Below are positions 29,133 through 39,961 of a DNA stretch of 64,000 nucleotides, piece after piece. Position numbers and translations under genes: made by a program. The stretch's first letter is position 1. Every line of letters begins with the position of its first letter. Below the pieces are notes generated by a model, which saw only the letters and a list, made by a program, of their open reading frames with translations, did no database searches and had not been told where the DNA came from. Origin of the DNA: an uncultured Desulfurococcales archaeon (GTDB lineage Archaea; Thermoproteota; Thermoprotei_A; EX4484-217-1); assembly GCA_964564025.1 (NCBI GenBank), contig CAZLZO010000005.1, forward strand, positions 712-64,711, written 5' to 3'.

Positions 29133-29999
29133 TTGTTGAAACAATCTTTTCCATATCCTCCTCCAAGACGTAAGGCTTACTTAGCTATAGCTATACCTTC
29201 AAGCACAGTTTCTAATGAGCCAACATTACAGCTTAAAACAATAAAAGTAGGTTTTATTGCTAGAGCTGCTTCAATACATAGAGTCGATGAAATTATAGTT
29301 TATAAGGATAAGCCTCATAGTGAAAGCGATGGTGAATTAATTGTCGATATTTTAGAGTATTTGAGGACGCCGCCATATCTTAGAAAACTTGTTGTTCCTC
29401 TTAAACAGAATTTAAAATATGTTGGAATATTGCCTCCGCTGCAAACACCTAATCATCCGCAAACTAAAGCTATAAAACCTGGCGATATTAGGGAAGGTGT
29501 TATTGTAAATGTCAGTAGAGGGAAGGTTCTTGTAGAAATAGGTGTAAATAAGCCAGTAACGGTTAAGTTTAGGAAGGGTCTTAGAAAAGGGGATTTAGTA
29601 ATAGTTAAAATAGTTAAAATTAAACCTAGAATTCTTGGAGAACTCATTTCATTTGAGGAAGTCCCGTTTTACTTTGGATACAACATTTCATATTATGACT
29701 CGCTTTCTGAAGTAATAAGGGAAAAATGGGATTTAAAAATAGCCACATCGAAATATGGTGAGCCTATTAGCTTGAACAAATTAAGGGAGAAATGTGCTAA
29801 AGCCTCCTCTATTCTAATAGCTTTTGGTGCGCCAAAAGAGGGCCTCTGGGATATAGCAGCTAGAGAGGGATTCATTCTTAACGAAGAATTTGATATGGTA
29901 TTAAACACTATACCTTACCAAGGAGTTGAAGTTATTAGAACAGAAGAAGCAATACACGCCACGTTAGAGCTTTTCTCCTTAATAAACAACATTCTATAG
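29133..29999 (+). CDS. SPOUT-family RNA methyltransferase (DUF171/MTH1-like)
   Basis: IAIPSS, Y..TPPYLRK, G.LPPL.TP.H, NTIP.QG...IRTEEA; adjacent to rpl3. Confidence 0.9.
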   Translation: MLKQSFPYPPPRRKAYLAIAIPSSTVSNEPTLQLKTIKVGFIARAASIHRVDEIIVYKDKPHSESDGELIVDILEYLRTPPYLRKLVVPLKQNLKYVGILPPLQTPNHPQTKAIKPGDIREGVIVNVSRGKVLVEIGVNKPVTVKFRKGLRKGDLVIVKIVKIKPRILGELISFEEVPFYFGYNISYYDSLSEVIREKWDLKIATSKYGEPISLNKLREKCAKASSILIAFGAPKEGLWDIAAREGFILNEEFDMVLNTIPYQGVEVIRTEEAIHATLELFSLINNIL

Positions 30000-30131
30000 T
30001 TGTTTAGGAACTATTCTCACTTTCCACATGTACTTTCTCTGAGAAATATTGGTGAAACCGTAAATGAGTATTCAGATGGGGAAATATGTTAGAATAACTA
30101 TTAGCATTTAATGTTAGAAGAGTGTTCCTCA

Positions 30132-30365
30132 TTATCTTTTCCTATTCAATATTATTGCAAAAGCAGAGCTAGCAATCCCCTATACTATAGCAACAATAAT
30201 GATAGGACTAGGGAAAAATTAAATTGAAGAAGGTTCTTTTACGAAACTTATAGGTTCAACAAAGCTCTTTATCTTTAGCAATCTACTATCTACTATGGGT
30301 TTCCGTATTCAGCATTGGAAGGTTACTTTATGCTGCTATGGTGTTAAATCGTTGTCTTTCTTCTT
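30132..30365 (-). pseudogene. possible remnant of a C-terminally anchored surface protein
   Basis: One frame with 4 internal stops: KDNDLTP*QHKVTFQC*IRKPIVDSRLLKIKSFVEPISFVKEPSSI*FFPSPIIIVAIV*GIASSAFAIILNRKR*. Confidence 0.35.
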
Positions 30366-30525
30366 AAGTGTAATGTTAATGCTATGTAGCATTTGTGATG
30401 CTTTAGATGCGTGCTGAAAAAGATAGGTAATGTGTTCTTTACGTGATTAAGGGTTTGTGGAAGCATAGACCTTATAAACCAGTTTCTACCCATAAATCCA
30501 AGCGACCCTTTTAGGGTGTAGCGGA

Positions 30526-31551
30526 ATGGGTGCAAGAAAAAAGCATGCGCCACGTCGAGGTAGTCTTGGGCTTAGGCCTCGTAAGAGAGCTTCGAGAATA
30601 GTACCTAGGGTTAGGTCTTGGCCTGATCCTGAACTTCCCCAGCCTAGACTATTGGGTTTTGCAGCTTACAAGGCAGGTATGACGCATGTCCTTATGGTTG
30701 ATGACAGGCTGCACACGAGAACTCATGGTCAAGAAATTTTCAAGCCTGTCACAGTTCTTGATGCTCCTCCACTTTATATTTTAGCTATTAGAGCATACTC
30801 CATACATCCCGTGAAAGGACTTTATGCTCTTACTGAGGCTTGGACTACTCCTCCAAAAGAGCTAGAGGTAATAAGGAAGGTCCATCCCTTACCTGAAAAG
30901 CTTAATCCGGAATCTAAACTTAAAATTATTGAGGAAAATTTAGAGAAAATAGTTGATTTAAGAGTTTTAGCTGCAACACAACCTAAGCTTGCAGGAGGTA
31001 TTCCGAAGAAGAAACCGGACATTTTAGAAATAAGGATTGGTGGAGGATCAATAGAGGATAGGTTGAAATATGCTGTAGAAATTCTTGGCAAAGAAGTTCA
31101 CGTAAGAGATGTTTTTGAAGAAGGAATGTTCGTTGACGTAATAGGCGTAACTAAGGGTCATGGATTCCAAGGAGTAATTAAAAGGTTTGGCGTTAAAGAG
31201 CTGCCGAGATGGCACAAGCATAGGAAAGGTAGTAGAAGAATAGGTGCTAGAAGCCCAGGTTTCGGAACAGTAAGTGAAACTCCACAACCAGGTCAAATGG
31301 GGTTCCATAGGAGAACAGAGTACAATAAGAGAATATTGAAAATAGGCGATAATGGATTAGAGGTAACTCCCGCAGGAGGATTTATAAATTACGGAGTAGT
31401 TAAGGGGCCCTACATTTTACTTGAGGGCTCCATAATAGGGCCTAGAAAAAGACTTATAGTACTTAGGTATCCTGTTAGGCCACCACCATATATACCGTCT
31501 CATCCGCCGAAAATAACGTATATTAGTCTTGAAAGTAAGCAAGGTGTTTAA
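30526..31551 (+). CDS. rpl3: 50S ribosomal protein uL3
   Basis: [36 protein letters not shown]. Confidence 0.98.
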   Translation: MGARKKHAPRRGSLGLRPRKRASRIVPRVRSWPDPELPQPRLLGFAAYKAGMTHVLMVDDRLHTRTHGQEIFKPVTVLDAPPLYILAIRAYSIHPVKGLYALTEAWTTPPKELEVIRKVHPLPEKLNPESKLKIIEENLEKIVDLRVLAATQPKLAGGIPKKKPDILEIRIGGGSIEDRLKYAVEILGKEVHVRDVFEEGMFVDVIGVTKGHGFQGVIKRFGVKELPRWHKHRKGSRRIGARSPGFGTVSETPQPGQMGFHRRTEYNKRILKIGDNGLEVTPAGGFINYGVVKGPYILLEGSIIGPRKRLIVLRYPVRPPPYIPSHPPKITYISLESKQGV

Positions 31552-31553
31552 GT

Positions 31554-32381
31554 ATGGTTTATGAAATACTTGTCCCCTTATCTAAACCTTTAGTTGAAAT
31601 TCCTGGCAAGCTAAAGGTTTATGATCTTGAGGGTAAGGAAGCCGCAAAAATAAAAACTCCTCCACTATTCTATGTACCTGTTAGAATAGATTTGATTAGG
31701 AGAGCTTTTCTTTCGGCATTTACTGCTAGACTTCAGCCTAAAGGAAGAGATCTTATGGCTGGTAAGAGAACTTCCGCAGAAAGCTTAGGTGTAGGTTTAG
31801 GATTAGCTAGAATACCTAGGCAAAAAGGAGGTATTCGTGGAAGATTCGTTGTGAGCACTGTAGGTGGTAGGAGAGCTTTTCCTCCAACTCCTGAAAAGAA
31901 AATCCATGAGGAAATAAATAAGAAGGAAAGAAGATTAGCCATAGTGAGTGCATTAGCTGCTACAGCAATAAAATACTACGTTGCAAACAGGGGTCATAGA
32001 GTGGAAAGCGTACCTCAAATACCTATGGTTGTAATTGACGATGTTGTTAAAATAGATAGTACGCAGAAGCTTAAAGAGGCTCTTAAAAAACTTGGCTTAT
32101 GGGATGATGTTGTTAGGGCACAAGAGGGAACTAAGATAAGAGCTGGAAAGGGGAAAATGAGGGGGAGGAGATATAGGACTCCGACAAGCGTACTTTTTGT
32201 TGTCCACGAAAAAGAACCACTAATAAAAGCTGCTAGAAATCTTCCTGGAGTCACCGTTGTTGAAGCAAGATATCTAAGTGTTCTTCATTTAGCCCCTGGC
32301 GGTGTTCCTGGAAGGTTAACCGTGTATACTCCTAAAGCTTTAGAGGAATTAAGTGAAAGGTTTAAGGTGAATATGTTATGA
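31554..32381 (+). CDS. rpl4: 50S ribosomal protein uL4
   Basis: [38 protein letters not shown]. Confidence 0.97.
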   Translation: MVYEILVPLSKPLVEIPGKLKVYDLEGKEAAKIKTPPLFYVPVRIDLIRRAFLSAFTARLQPKGRDLMAGKRTSAESLGVGLGLARIPRQKGGIRGRFVVSTVGGRRAFPPTPEKKIHEEINKKERRLAIVSALAATAIKYYVANRGHRVESVPQIPMVVIDDVVKIDSTQKLKEALKKLGLWDDVVRAQEGTKIRAGKGKMRGRRYRTPTSVLFVVHEKEPLIKAARNLPGVTVVEARYLSVLHLAPGGVPGRLTVYTPKALEELSERFKVNML

Positions 32382-32641
32382 GCGAATTAACCACAATACT
32401 TCTGAGACCCGTAAGTACGGAGAAGGCGCTGTTAAAAATAGAGAGAGAAAACACTATAGTCTTTATTGTAGATAGGAAGGCAACCAAACACCAGATAAAG
32501 CAGGCTTTTGAAAAACTCTTCGAAGTAAAAGTTGCTAAAGTAAACACTCATATTACACCTAGAGGAGATAAAGTAGCTTACATAAAGTTAAAGCCTGAAT
32601 ATAGTGCTAGCGAAGTAGCAACAAGACTTGGAATACTTTAG
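32378..32641 (+). CDS. rpl23: 50S ribosomal protein uL23
   Basis: [21 protein letters not shown]. Confidence 0.97.
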   Translation: MSELTTILLRPVSTEKALLKIERENTIVFIVDRKATKHQIKQAFEKLFEVKVAKVNTHITPRGDKVAYIKLKPEYSASEVATRLGIL

Positions 32642-32683
32642 CATTTTACTTCAGCAATTAAATATAGGCTTTATAGAGAAGGC

Positions 32684-32690
32684 TTTTAAG
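32684..32690 (+). promoter_or_regulatory. candidate TATA box with purine-rich BRE for the leader-ORF/orphan unit
   Basis: AGAGAAGGC-TTTTAAG; the box begins 26 nt upstream of ATG 32710, a leaderless-type spacing. Confidence 0.45.
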
Positions 32691-32709
32691 GCGCAAAATA
32701 TTAAAAATC

Positions 32710-32772
32710 ATGAAGACTAAACATGGTATCTCACGAATACTCCATCCACTGTCTCCCTTAAATGTGTTGTAA
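32710..32772 (+). CDS. putative leader peptide (uORF, 20 aa)
   Basis: MKTKHGISRILHPLSPLNVL*; spans the 5' arm of the hairpin and stops 13 nt before ATG 32786. Confidence 0.4.
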   Translation: MKTKHGISRILHPLSPLNVL

Positions 32773-32791
32773 GGGGGGATGGTGGATGGAG
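32740..32791 (+). promoter_or_regulatory. 20-bp RNA hairpin sequestering the RBS and start codon
   Basis: CTCCATCCACTGTCTCCCTT (32740-32759) pairs with AGGGGGGATGGTGGATGGAG (32772-32791): 16 Watson-Crick plus 4 G-U pairs. Confidence 0.75.
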
Positions 32792-33064
32792 AAGTTAAGA
32801 AACGTTTTTCTATCTAAAATAGTTTCTGTTCTTAGAGCAATTCATGGTAGTAGGGTTCCAATAGAAATAGTGAGTGTAAGTGTTGAGAAAAGAGACAATG
32901 GAGAATATATTGTTAAAGGCGAGTATAGACTCATTGTCTCCCGTAAAAGGAGAGGGTTTGTTGCTGTTTTGGCTGAAAATGGTGAGTTAAAAGCTTTGGA
33001 AAGGTTAGAGAGAATTTCTTGGAAGCATCCTACTTTTGAAAAAGCATCATTACTTCCAACGTAA
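32786..33064 (+). CDS. orphan hypothetical protein (92 aa)
   Basis: MEKLRNVFLSK...GEYIVKGEYR...FVAVLAENGELKAL; G-rich SD; pyrimidine tract after the stop; upstream ATG 32762 is less plausible. Confidence 0.7.
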   Translation: MEKLRNVFLSKIVSVLRAIHGSRVPIEIVSVSVEKRDNGEYIVKGEYRLIVSRKRRGFVAVLAENGELKALERLERISWKHPTFEKASLLPT

Positions 33065-33065
33065 G

Positions 33066-33084
33066 CTCTCTTTTTCCTCCTTTA
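33066..33084 (+). terminator. pyrimidine-rich terminator candidate
   Basis: CTCTCTTTTTCCTCCTTT immediately after the orphan stop. Confidence 0.4.
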
Positions 33085-33180
33085 TTCTCATATGCGAAGG
33101 TTTGATTAAGATTTTTTTACCTCTACTTACGTAAAGAACCAAGCGATAACTAGAATAGTAAAGTGCGGGGCGTAAGCAGA

Positions 33181-33648
33181 ATGCCTTCATGGGGGTATTC
33201 AGTGAAGAATCTTGACCCTGAAAAAACGGCTTTAGCTAGTGGTAGGGACTTACCTATTTCACTTAAGGAAGCTCGTGAAATATGTAAGGTAATTAAAGGT
33301 ATGAAGCTTAGTAAAGCTAAGGAACTTCTTAAGGCAGTTATTGAGAAGAAGCAGCCAATACCTTACCGTAGATACCATGGTAAAGTAGCTCATCATAGGG
33401 GTTTGGAAAGGTGGAAGTGGCCTGCTGGAAGATACCCTGTTAAAGCAGCTAAGGAAATACTTAAGGTACTTGAGAATGCTGAAAACAACGCTGTAAATAA
33501 GGGATTAGATGCTGAAAGACTTAAAATAATACATGCAGCTGCTCAAAAAGGACCTGTTCTTAAAAAGTATACTCCACGTGCTTTTGGAAGAGCTACTCCT
33601 TGGTTTAGAAAATACACTCATGTTGAAATAGCTGTAGCTGAGGTTTAA
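33181..33648 (+). CDS. rpl22: 50S ribosomal protein uL22
   Basis: [22 protein letters not shown]. Confidence 0.97.
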   Translation: MPSWGYSVKNLDPEKTALASGRDLPISLKEAREICKVIKGMKLSKAKELLKAVIEKKQPIPYRRYHGKVAHHRGLERWKWPAGRYPVKAAKEILKVLENAENNAVNKGLDAERLKIIHAAAQKGPVLKKYTPRAFGRATPWFRKYTHVEIAVAEV

Positions 33649-33652
33649 AACC

Positions 33653-34288
33653 ATGGTTAATGTGAAAAAGCTTTTCGTTCAAAAAGGAATTATTAAGGCG
33701 AAAATAGACGAGTACTTAGCTAAAGAGTTTTACAGAGCAGGATATGCTGCTGTAGACATTCTCAAAACACCTCTGGGCACTAGAATAGTAATTTATGCTG
33801 AAAGACCAGCAATAATTATTGGCAGAAGAGGGTCCATGATTAGGCAGCTTGCACAAATATTTGAGAAAAGATTTGGTTTAGAAAATCCGCAAATAACCGT
33901 TACAACAGTTGAGAACCCGTATTTATCAGCTAGAATTGTTGCTTTCAGACTTGCCGTTGCTCTTGAAAGAGGATTTCACTTTAGAAGAGCTGCTTTCATA
34001 GCGTTACGTAGGATAATGGAAGCTGGAGCGTTAGGGGCGGAAATAGTTATTAGCGGCAAGTTAACAAGTGAAAGAGCGCGTTACGAAAAGTATCGTGCAG
34101 GGAGAATATATAAGACTGGTGAGCAAGCGGCAATAATGGTTGAAAGAGCTGTTGCCCATGCTCTACTTAAACCAGGCGTTTACGGTATTGAGGTAAGAAT
34201 AGTTAAACCTATGAAGCCCATGGATCATATTGAAATAAAAGCTCCTGAAGAATTGGCTAAGAAAGCTGAAGAGCAAACGGCAGGTTAA
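33653..34288 (+). CDS. rps3: 30S ribosomal protein uS3
   Basis: KH domain IIGRRG; ISGKL..ERAR. Confidence 0.97.
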   Translation: MVNVKKLFVQKGIIKAKIDEYLAKEFYRAGYAAVDILKTPLGTRIVIYAERPAIIIGRRGSMIRQLAQIFEKRFGLENPQITVTTVENPYLSARIVAFRLAVALERGFHFRRAAFIALRRIMEAGALGAEIVISGKLTSERARYEKYRAGRIYKTGEQAAIMVERAVAHALLKPGVYGIEVRIVKPMKPMDHIEIKAPEELAKKAEEQTAG

Positions 34289-34303
34289 AGTGGGTGATTT
34301 ACT

Positions 34304-34522
34304 ATGTCACTTAAAGCCCGCGAAATAAGGGCTATGAGTAGGGAGGAAAGAGAGAAGAAATTAAGAGAACTCCGACTTGAACTTATGAAGCTAAGAATGC
34401 AAGCTCAACTAGGCACTTTAGAAAACCCTGGAAGAATAAGGGCTATTAGGAAAACTATTGCCCGCATATTGACAATAAATAGGGAGGAAGAGCTTAAGGA
34501 AAAAAGGAGGAAAGGTAAGTAA
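34304..34522 (+). CDS. rpl29: 50S ribosomal protein uL29
   Basis: [16 protein letters not shown]. Confidence 0.96.
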   Translation: MSLKAREIRAMSREEREKKLRELRLELMKLRMQAQLGTLENPGRIRAIRKTIARILTINREEELKEKRRKGK

Positions 34523-34538
34523 TTAAGGTGCTCACATA

Positions 34539-34823
34539 TTGAAGCACACTCCTCGAAACATTATTAACCATGAGCTAATAGGTTTGGAAGCCGAAGTAGT
34601 AGAGTCTTTAGCTGAAGGCTATGTTGGATTAAAAGGTAAGGTTGTTGATGAAACGTATAACATGCTTATTTTAGAAACACCTTTTGGTGAGAAGAAAGTT
34701 CTTAAATCTGTATCTAAATTTTTATTCACGCTTCCCGATAGGAGAAAGGTCATGGTTGAAGGCTCTCTCTTAGTTGGAAGGCCTGAGGAAAGGCTGAAAA
34801 AGAGAATTAGAGGTAGATGGTGA
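34539..34823 (+). CDS. rnp1: RNase P protein component 1 (Rpp29/Pop4)
   Basis: HELIGL, G.VVDET.N, GRPEERLKK. Confidence 0.95.
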   Translation: MKHTPRNIINHELIGLEAEVVESLAEGYVGLKGKVVDETYNMLILETPFGEKKVLKSVSKFLFTLPDRRKVMVEGSLLVGRPEERLKKRIRGRW

Positions 34824-34826
34824 AAT

Positions 34827-35171
34827 ATGCCTGGGAGAAACATAGGATTACCTGGAGTAGAGCCTCCTGAGAAAGAATGTAGCGATCCGAACTGTCCGTT
34901 CCACGGTACATTATCTGTAAGGGGAATTGTTCTTGAAGGAGTAGTTGTTTCAGATAAAATGGATAAAACCGTTGTTGTTGAAAGAGAGTACTTACATTAT
35001 GTAAGGAAGTTTAGAAGGTATGAGAGACGTAGAAGCAAAATTCATGCTCACAATCCTCCCTGCATTAATGCTAAAAAGGGAGATAGAGTATTAATAGCTG
35101 AAACAAGACCTATATCTAAGACTGTTTCGTTCGTAGTAGTAAAAATATTGAAAAAAGCTATTGAGAGGTAA
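34827..35171 (+). CDS. rps17: 30S ribosomal protein uS17
   Basis: [19 protein letters not shown]. Confidence 0.97.
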   Translation: MPGRNIGLPGVEPPEKECSDPNCPFHGTLSVRGIVLEGVVVSDKMDKTVVVEREYLHYVRKFRRYERRRSKIHAHNPPCINAKKGDRVLIAETRPISKTVSFVVVKILKKAIER

Positions 35172-35177
35172 TAGGCC

Positions 35178-35606
35178 ATGGTTAAACGTTTAAGGAAAGC
35201 AGGTGGTGGAGAAACAACACGTAGAGGAATATCTGCGGGAATACAAGTAGGTACAAGACTTATTGTAGCTGACAATAGTGGGGCAAGAGAAATACTTGTC
35301 ATAGGGGTTCCAGGCTATAAAACGAGACTTAGAAGATTACCTAAAGCTTCTGTAGGGGATGTTGTTGTTGCTTCAGTTAAGAAGGGAACACCAGATATGA
35401 GAAAGCAAATAGTTAGAGCTGTAATAATAAGGCAGAGAATGCCTTATCGTAGACCTGATGGAACAAGAGTGGTTTTCGAAGATAACGCAGCAGTAATAGT
35501 TACTCCTGAGGGGATACCAAAGGGTTCGGAAATAAGAGGGCCTGTAGCTAAGGAAGCAGCTGAGAGATGGCCGAAAATAGCCGAGTTAGCGACAATAATA
35601 GTTTAA
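35178..35606 (+). CDS. rpl14: 50S ribosomal protein uL14
   Basis: ADNSGA, FEDNAAV. Confidence 0.97.
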   Translation: MVKRLRKAGGGETTRRGISAGIQVGTRLIVADNSGAREILVIGVPGYKTRLRRLPKASVGDVVVASVKKGTPDMRKQIVRAVIIRQRMPYRRPDGTRVVFEDNAAVIVTPEGIPKGSEIRGPVAKEAAERWPKIAELATIIV

Positions 35607-35624
35607 GTTATAAGGTGTTAAATT

Positions 35625-36023
35625 ATGGGCTTAACAAGTTCAAAGCATCCAAAAAAGCAGAGAAAAAGCTTCTTTAACGCACCTTTACATTTAAGACGTA
35701 AATTCTTTAATGCTCCTCTTTCAGAAGAGCTTCAGGAAAAACATGGTGTAAAAAGGCTTCCTGTTCGTAAAGGAGACACTGTAAGAATAGTTAGGGGAAA
35801 CTGGAGAGGTCATGAAGGGAAAGTTGTCAGAGTAGATTATAAGAGAGTAAGAATTTACATTGAAGGGGTAACCATTAAGAGAGCTGATGGTACACAGCGC
35901 TTTTACCCTATACACCCATCAAAAGTTGTTATAACTAAACTTGACCTATCAGATAATTACAGGAAAAGAATTATTGAAAGAAGAAAAGTTGAAATAAAAG
36001 CTTCTTCTGAAGAAGCTGAGTAA
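35625..36023 (+). CDS. rpl24: 50S ribosomal protein uL24
   Basis: P.KQRK..FNAPLH, PVRKGD.V.I.RG, IHPSKV. Confidence 0.97.
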   Translation: MGLTSSKHPKKQRKSFFNAPLHLRRKFFNAPLSEELQEKHGVKRLPVRKGDTVRIVRGNWRGHEGKVVRVDYKRVRIYIEGVTIKRADGTQRFYPIHPSKVVITKLDLSDNYRKRIIERRKVEIKASSEEAE

Positions 36024-36040
36024 AGCAGGTGGTATATGAA

Positions 36041-36799
36041 ATGGGTAAAATGGGTGGTAGGAGGCATTTAACAAGGTTCGCAGCACCAGCTTTTTGGCCC
36101 ATACTTAGGAAGGAGTATCATTGGGTAGTTAAGCCTAGTCCAGGTCCTCATCCTTTAGGGAGAAGCTTACCTTTACTCATAATTGTAAGGGAAATTTTGG
36201 GCTTAGCTAAAACGAGTAGGGAAGCGAGAAAAATAATTGCTGAAGGGCACATTAAAGTTGATGGGAGAGTTAGAAGGAATTATAAATATCCCGTAGGGTT
36301 AATGGATGTTCTCGAAATTCCCAAGTTAAATAAGCACTTTAGAGTTATACCTTATCCTGTAAAGTTCTTTAAGCTTCACGAAATAAGTAAGGAGGAAGCT
36401 TCATACAAGCTTGTGAGGATAGAGAATAAAACAACAGTTAAAGGAGGACATATTCAACTAAATTTGCATGATAGTAGAAATATTCTCGTGAAAGTTTCTG
36501 ACCCAACAAATCCTGAGGAGGATGTTTATGAAACATTTGATACCTTAAAAATAACTGTTTCTAATCAAGAAATTATTGGACATTATAAGTTTGAGGAAGG
36601 TGCAATAGCAATAATTATTGATGGTAGAAACGTTGGAAGAGTAGGTAGGATAGTGGAAATAACTAAAATGATGAAAAAGAGGATGAACATTGTAACATTA
36701 GAAGATAAGGATGGTAATAAATTCCAAACAATACAAGACTATATCTTCGTTATAGGGAAGGATAATCCCGAAATAAGCCTCCCTGAAGGTGCTTGGTGA
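36041..36799 (+). CDS. rps4e: 30S ribosomal protein eS4
   Basis: [22 protein letters not shown]. Confidence 0.97.
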   Translation: MGKMGGRRHLTRFAAPAFWPILRKEYHWVVKPSPGPHPLGRSLPLLIIVREILGLAKTSREARKIIAEGHIKVDGRVRRNYKYPVGLMDVLEIPKLNKHFRVIPYPVKFFKLHEISKEEASYKLVRIENKTTVKGGHIQLNLHDSRNILVKVSDPTNPEEDVYETFDTLKITVSNQEIIGHYKFEEGAIAIIIDGRNVGRVGRIVEITKMMKKRMNIVTLEDKDGNKFQTIQDYIFVIGKDNPEISLPEGAW

Positions 36800-37344
36800 T
36801 GTCTACTGTTCAAATGAATTATGAAGACTTATGGAAGAAAAATCCTATGTTAAAGCCTAAAATAGCAAAGGTAACTGTGAATATAGGTGTTGGTGAAAGC
36901 GGTGAGAGACTAAGAAAAGCTATGAAAGTGTTAGAAATGCTTACAGGTCAGAAGCCTATTCCTAGAAGAGCTAAGAGAACAATAAAAGAGTTTGGTATTC
37001 ATAGAGGAGAAAACATAGCCGTCATGGTTACTTTAAGAGGACAGAAAGCAATAGAGTTTTTACGTAAAGCTTTAGAAGCTGTAGGTTGGAGGCTTAAAGC
37101 TTCCAGTTTCGATAGTTTCGGAAATTTTGCCTTTGGAATAAAGGAGCATATTTCAATACCTGGAGTTAAATATGATCCTGAAATAGGAATTTTCGGAATG
37201 GATGTTTGCGTAACTATAGAGAGACCAGGTTTTCGTGTAATGCGTAGGAAGAGAGCACGTTCCAGTGTTCCTTTAAGACATAGGGTAAGAAGGGAGGAAG
37301 CAATGGAGTTTATGATTAAAGAATTTGGGGTAACAATAGTTTAA
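36793..37344 (+). CDS. rpl5: 50S ribosomal protein uL5
   Basis: [33 protein letters not shown]. Confidence 0.97.
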   Translation: MVMSTVQMNYEDLWKKNPMLKPKIAKVTVNIGVGESGERLRKAMKVLEMLTGQKPIPRRAKRTIKEFGIHRGENIAVMVTLRGQKAIEFLRKALEAVGWRLKASSFDSFGNFAFGIKEHISIPGVKYDPEIGIFGMDVCVTIERPGFRVMRRKRARSSVPLRHRVRREEAMEFMIKEFGVTIV

Positions 37345-37356
37345 GGGTGATGATTA

Positions 37357-37521
37357 ATGGGTAAATTTAGGCTACCTGTTCAAAGAAAATACGGGAAAGG
37401 TTCTCGAGTGTGTATTAGATGCGGATCCCATGGACCTCTCATAAGAAGATATGGCCTTTACCTTTGTAGGCAATGCTTCAGAGAAGTAGCTTCTACATTA
37501 GGATTTAAAAAGTACAATTAA
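37357..37521 (+). CDS. rps14: 30S ribosomal protein uS14 (zinc finger, 54 aa)
   Basis: Hand translation [54 protein letters not shown]; below the ORF-track size cutoff. Confidence 0.97.
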   Translation: MGKFRLPVQRKYGKGSRVCIRCGSHGPLIRRYGLYLCRQCFREVASTLGFKKYN

Positions 37522-37535
37522 GGAGTGGATAGTTT

Positions 37536-37937
37536 ATGGTTATGCTTGATACATTAGCTAACGCGTTAGCAACAATATGGAATAATGAAGTTAGAGGCAA
37601 GAAGGAAGCTGTAATAATGCCTGCTTCCAAACTCATAGCTAATGTACTAAGGGTTTTTCAGAAAGAAGGCTACATTGGAGAATTTGAATACATAGATGAC
37701 GGTAGATGGGGTAAAATAAAAGTTCAACTTCTTGGAAGAATAAATAAATGTGGTGTAATAAAGCCTAGAGTTCCCGTAAAATACGTTGACCTACTACATA
37801 TGCCTGAATGGCTTAGAAAATATCTTCCATCAAGAGAAATGGGCATAATAGTGCTCTCAACACCTCAAGGAGTAATGTCTCATAAAGAAGCATTAGTTAA
37901 GAAAATAGGGGGTATTGTTTTAGCATACGTGTATTAA
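37536..37937 (+). CDS. rps8: 30S ribosomal protein uS8
   Basis: [24 protein letters not shown]. Confidence 0.97.
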   Translation: MVMLDTLANALATIWNNEVRGKKEAVIMPASKLIANVLRVFQKEGYIGEFEYIDDGRWGKIKVQLLGRINKCGVIKPRVPVKYVDLLHMPEWLRKYLPSREMGIIVLSTPQGVMSHKEALVKKIGGIVLAYVY

Positions 37938-37947
37938 AGGGGGGTTA

Positions 37948-38508
37948 ATGATATTGGCGAAACTAATACATTACTACGAAGAGGTAGAAGTTCCTGAAAA
38001 TGTGAATGTAGAAATAAGTGATATGAAAGTTAAAGTTAGTGGTCCAAAGGGAATTCTTGAACGTGACTTTTCACATGCCCGACATGTGATAATTAGGAAA
38101 GATGATAATAAAATAGTTGTTGAAACTTTCTTCGCTAATAGGAAGAGAAAAGCACTTGTAGGTTCAATAGCTGCCCATATTAGAAATATGATTACGGGTG
38201 TAACTAAGGGTTATAGGTATAAACTTAAAATAATATACTCTCACTTCCCAATTTCAGTTAAGGTTCAAGGCAAAAAGATAATTATTGAAAACTATCTTGG
38301 GGAAAAAGCTCCCCGCTACGCGGAAATTTTCGGAGATGACGTAACAGTAAGGGTTGAAGGCGAAGACGTGATTGTAGAAGGAATAAACATTGAACATGTT
38401 GGGCAAACAGCAGCTAATATTGAGAAAGCAGCTAGAATTAAAGACTATGATCCAAGAGTTTTCATGGACGGCATATATATTTATGAAAAGGGAACTATGG
38501 AGGAATAA
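37948..38508 (+). CDS. rpl6: 50S ribosomal protein uL6
   Basis: YSHFPI, DPRVF.DGIYIY. Confidence 0.97.
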   Translation: MILAKLIHYYEEVEVPENVNVEISDMKVKVSGPKGILERDFSHARHVIIRKDDNKIVVETFFANRKRKALVGSIAAHIRNMITGVTKGYRYKLKIIYSHFPISVKVQGKKIIIENYLGEKAPRYAEIFGDDVTVRVEGEDVIVEGINIEHVGQTAANIEKAARIKDYDPRVFMDGIYIYEKGTMEE

Positions 38509-38511
38509 GGC

Positions 38512-38901
38512 ATGAAGGAAACCATTAAAAGACTTCTAAGACTTAGAAACATTATGAATAAGAGGAGGCCGAAATTTCTACGTACTCTTTGGTGGAAATT
38601 TGCTAAATTTGACGAAGTTTGGAGGAGACCTAGAGGGATAGATAATAAGATCAGACATAAGCTTAAAGGATATCCGCCAATGCCTTCTTCAGGATATAGG
38701 GGACCAAAACTCGTAAGGGGGCTTCATCCAACAGGAAGAGAAATCATTATCGTACATAATATTTCAGATCTGGAAAAAGTTGATAAGGAGAGACACATAG
38801 TCTACATAGCTAGCACAGTAGGTAGAAGAAAAAGGCTCGAAATACTTAAGAAAGCTTCCGAACTCGGAATCAAAGTCGCTAATGCGGGGAGGGCTGAATA
38901 A
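38512..38901 (+). CDS. rpl32e: 50S ribosomal protein eL32
   Basis: WRRPRGIDNK.R, VRGLHP. Confidence 0.97.
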   Translation: MKETIKRLLRLRNIMNKRRPKFLRTLWWKFAKFDEVWRRPRGIDNKIRHKLKGYPPMPSSGYRGPKLVRGLHPTGREIIIVHNISDLEKVDKERHIVYIASTVGRRKRLEILKKASELGIKVANAGRAE

Positions 38902-39350
38902 TGGATTTAAGCTTACAGAAAAGACTTGCAGCAGAAATTCTCGGTGTAGGAGAAAGTAGAATATGGATTGACCCGGAAGCTTACGATAGAGTAGAAGCCG
39001 CAATAACCAGGGAGGATGTGAGAAAGCTAATCAAAGATGGCATAATAAGAGTTAAGCCTGAGCATTCAAACAGCAGGGCTCGATGGAGAGAGAGGCATGA
39101 AAAAAGAAAGAAAGGACAGAGAAGAGGACCTGGACATAGGAAAGGAGGTAAATACTCTAAAGTTTCAAGAAAAGAACAGTGGATGATGAGAGTTAGGGCT
39201 TTGAGAAAATTACTTAAAGAGTATAGGGAAAGAAACGTTATTACACCTAAAGAGTATCGTAGACTTTATATGCTAATTAAGGGAGGAGTTTTCAAAACAA
39301 AAGCCCAATTAAAGCATTACATTAAGGAACTCGTTGCAGGGAGGTCTTAG
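38901..39350 (+). CDS. rpl19e: 50S ribosomal protein eL19
   Basis: [25 protein letters not shown]. Confidence 0.97.
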   Translation: MDLSLQKRLAAEILGVGESRIWIDPEAYDRVEAAITREDVRKLIKDGIIRVKPEHSNSRARWRERHEKRKKGQRRGPGHRKGGKYSKVSRKEQWMMRVRALRKLLKEYRERNVITPKEYRRLYMLIKGGVFKTKAQLKHYIKELVAGRS

Positions 39351-39352
39351 AA

Positions 39353-39955
39353 ATGGCTAGAGGCCCTAGGTATAAGGTGAAGTATAGGAGGAGAAGAGAG
39401 GGGAAAACAAATTACTACAAGAGATACCGCATGGTTCTCTCTAAAAAACTAAGATTAGTAGCTAGGAAGACTTTAAGATACATTATTGCTCAAATAATCA
39501 AGTTTGATCCTAAGGGAGACATCGTACTTACATCAGCACATAGTGTAGAGCTTAAAAAGAAGTATGGTTGGAAAGCTGCAACAGACAATACGCCAGCAGC
39601 ATATTTAACAGGTTTACTTGTAGGGTTAAGAGCTAAATCCAAAGGTATTGAAGAAGCCATTTTAGACATAGGCCTTCATCGAGCTGTTAAGGGGGCCCGT
39701 GTTTTCGCTGTCCTCAAAGGAGCTTTAGATGCTGGTTTAAAAACACCTCATAGCCCAGAAATACTGCCTTCAGAAGATAGGATTAAGGGTAAACATATAG
39801 CTTCATGGGCTAAAACGCTTTCTGAATCAAATCCTGAATTTTATCAGAAACTCTTTTCACAGTACCTTAAAAATGGACTTAAACCTGAAGACTTACCTAA
39901 GCATTTTGAAGAGGTAAAAGCTAAAATTATTCAAGACTACTCTAAGCAGAGGTAA
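39353..39955 (+). CDS. rpl18: 50S ribosomal protein uL18
   Basis: [21 protein letters not shown]. Confidence 0.97.
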   Translation: MARGPRYKVKYRRRREGKTNYYKRYRMVLSKKLRLVARKTLRYIIAQIIKFDPKGDIVLTSAHSVELKKKYGWKAATDNTPAAYLTGLLVGLRAKSKGIEEAILDIGLHRAVKGARVFAVLKGALDAGLKTPHSPEILPSEDRIKGKHIASWAKTLSESNPEFYQKLFSQYLKNGLKPEDLPKHFEEVKAKIIQDYSKQR

Positions 39956-39961
39956 CTCGTT

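Noticed and set aside
30344..30553. 69-aa minus ORF overlapping the rpl3 start
   Set aside because: It overlaps the rpl3 promoter and start in antisense, with no SD or recognisable motif.
32740..32791. Hairpin as a MITE, terminator or BHB intron
   Set aside because: No target-site duplication, no downstream U-tract and no 3-nt bulges around a 4-bp helix; the G-U pairs and overlap with the RBS favour translational control.
37345..37356. GTGATGA box C-like motifs here and near 59109
   Set aside because: They coincide with GGTGA SD sites and have no D boxes at guide spacing.
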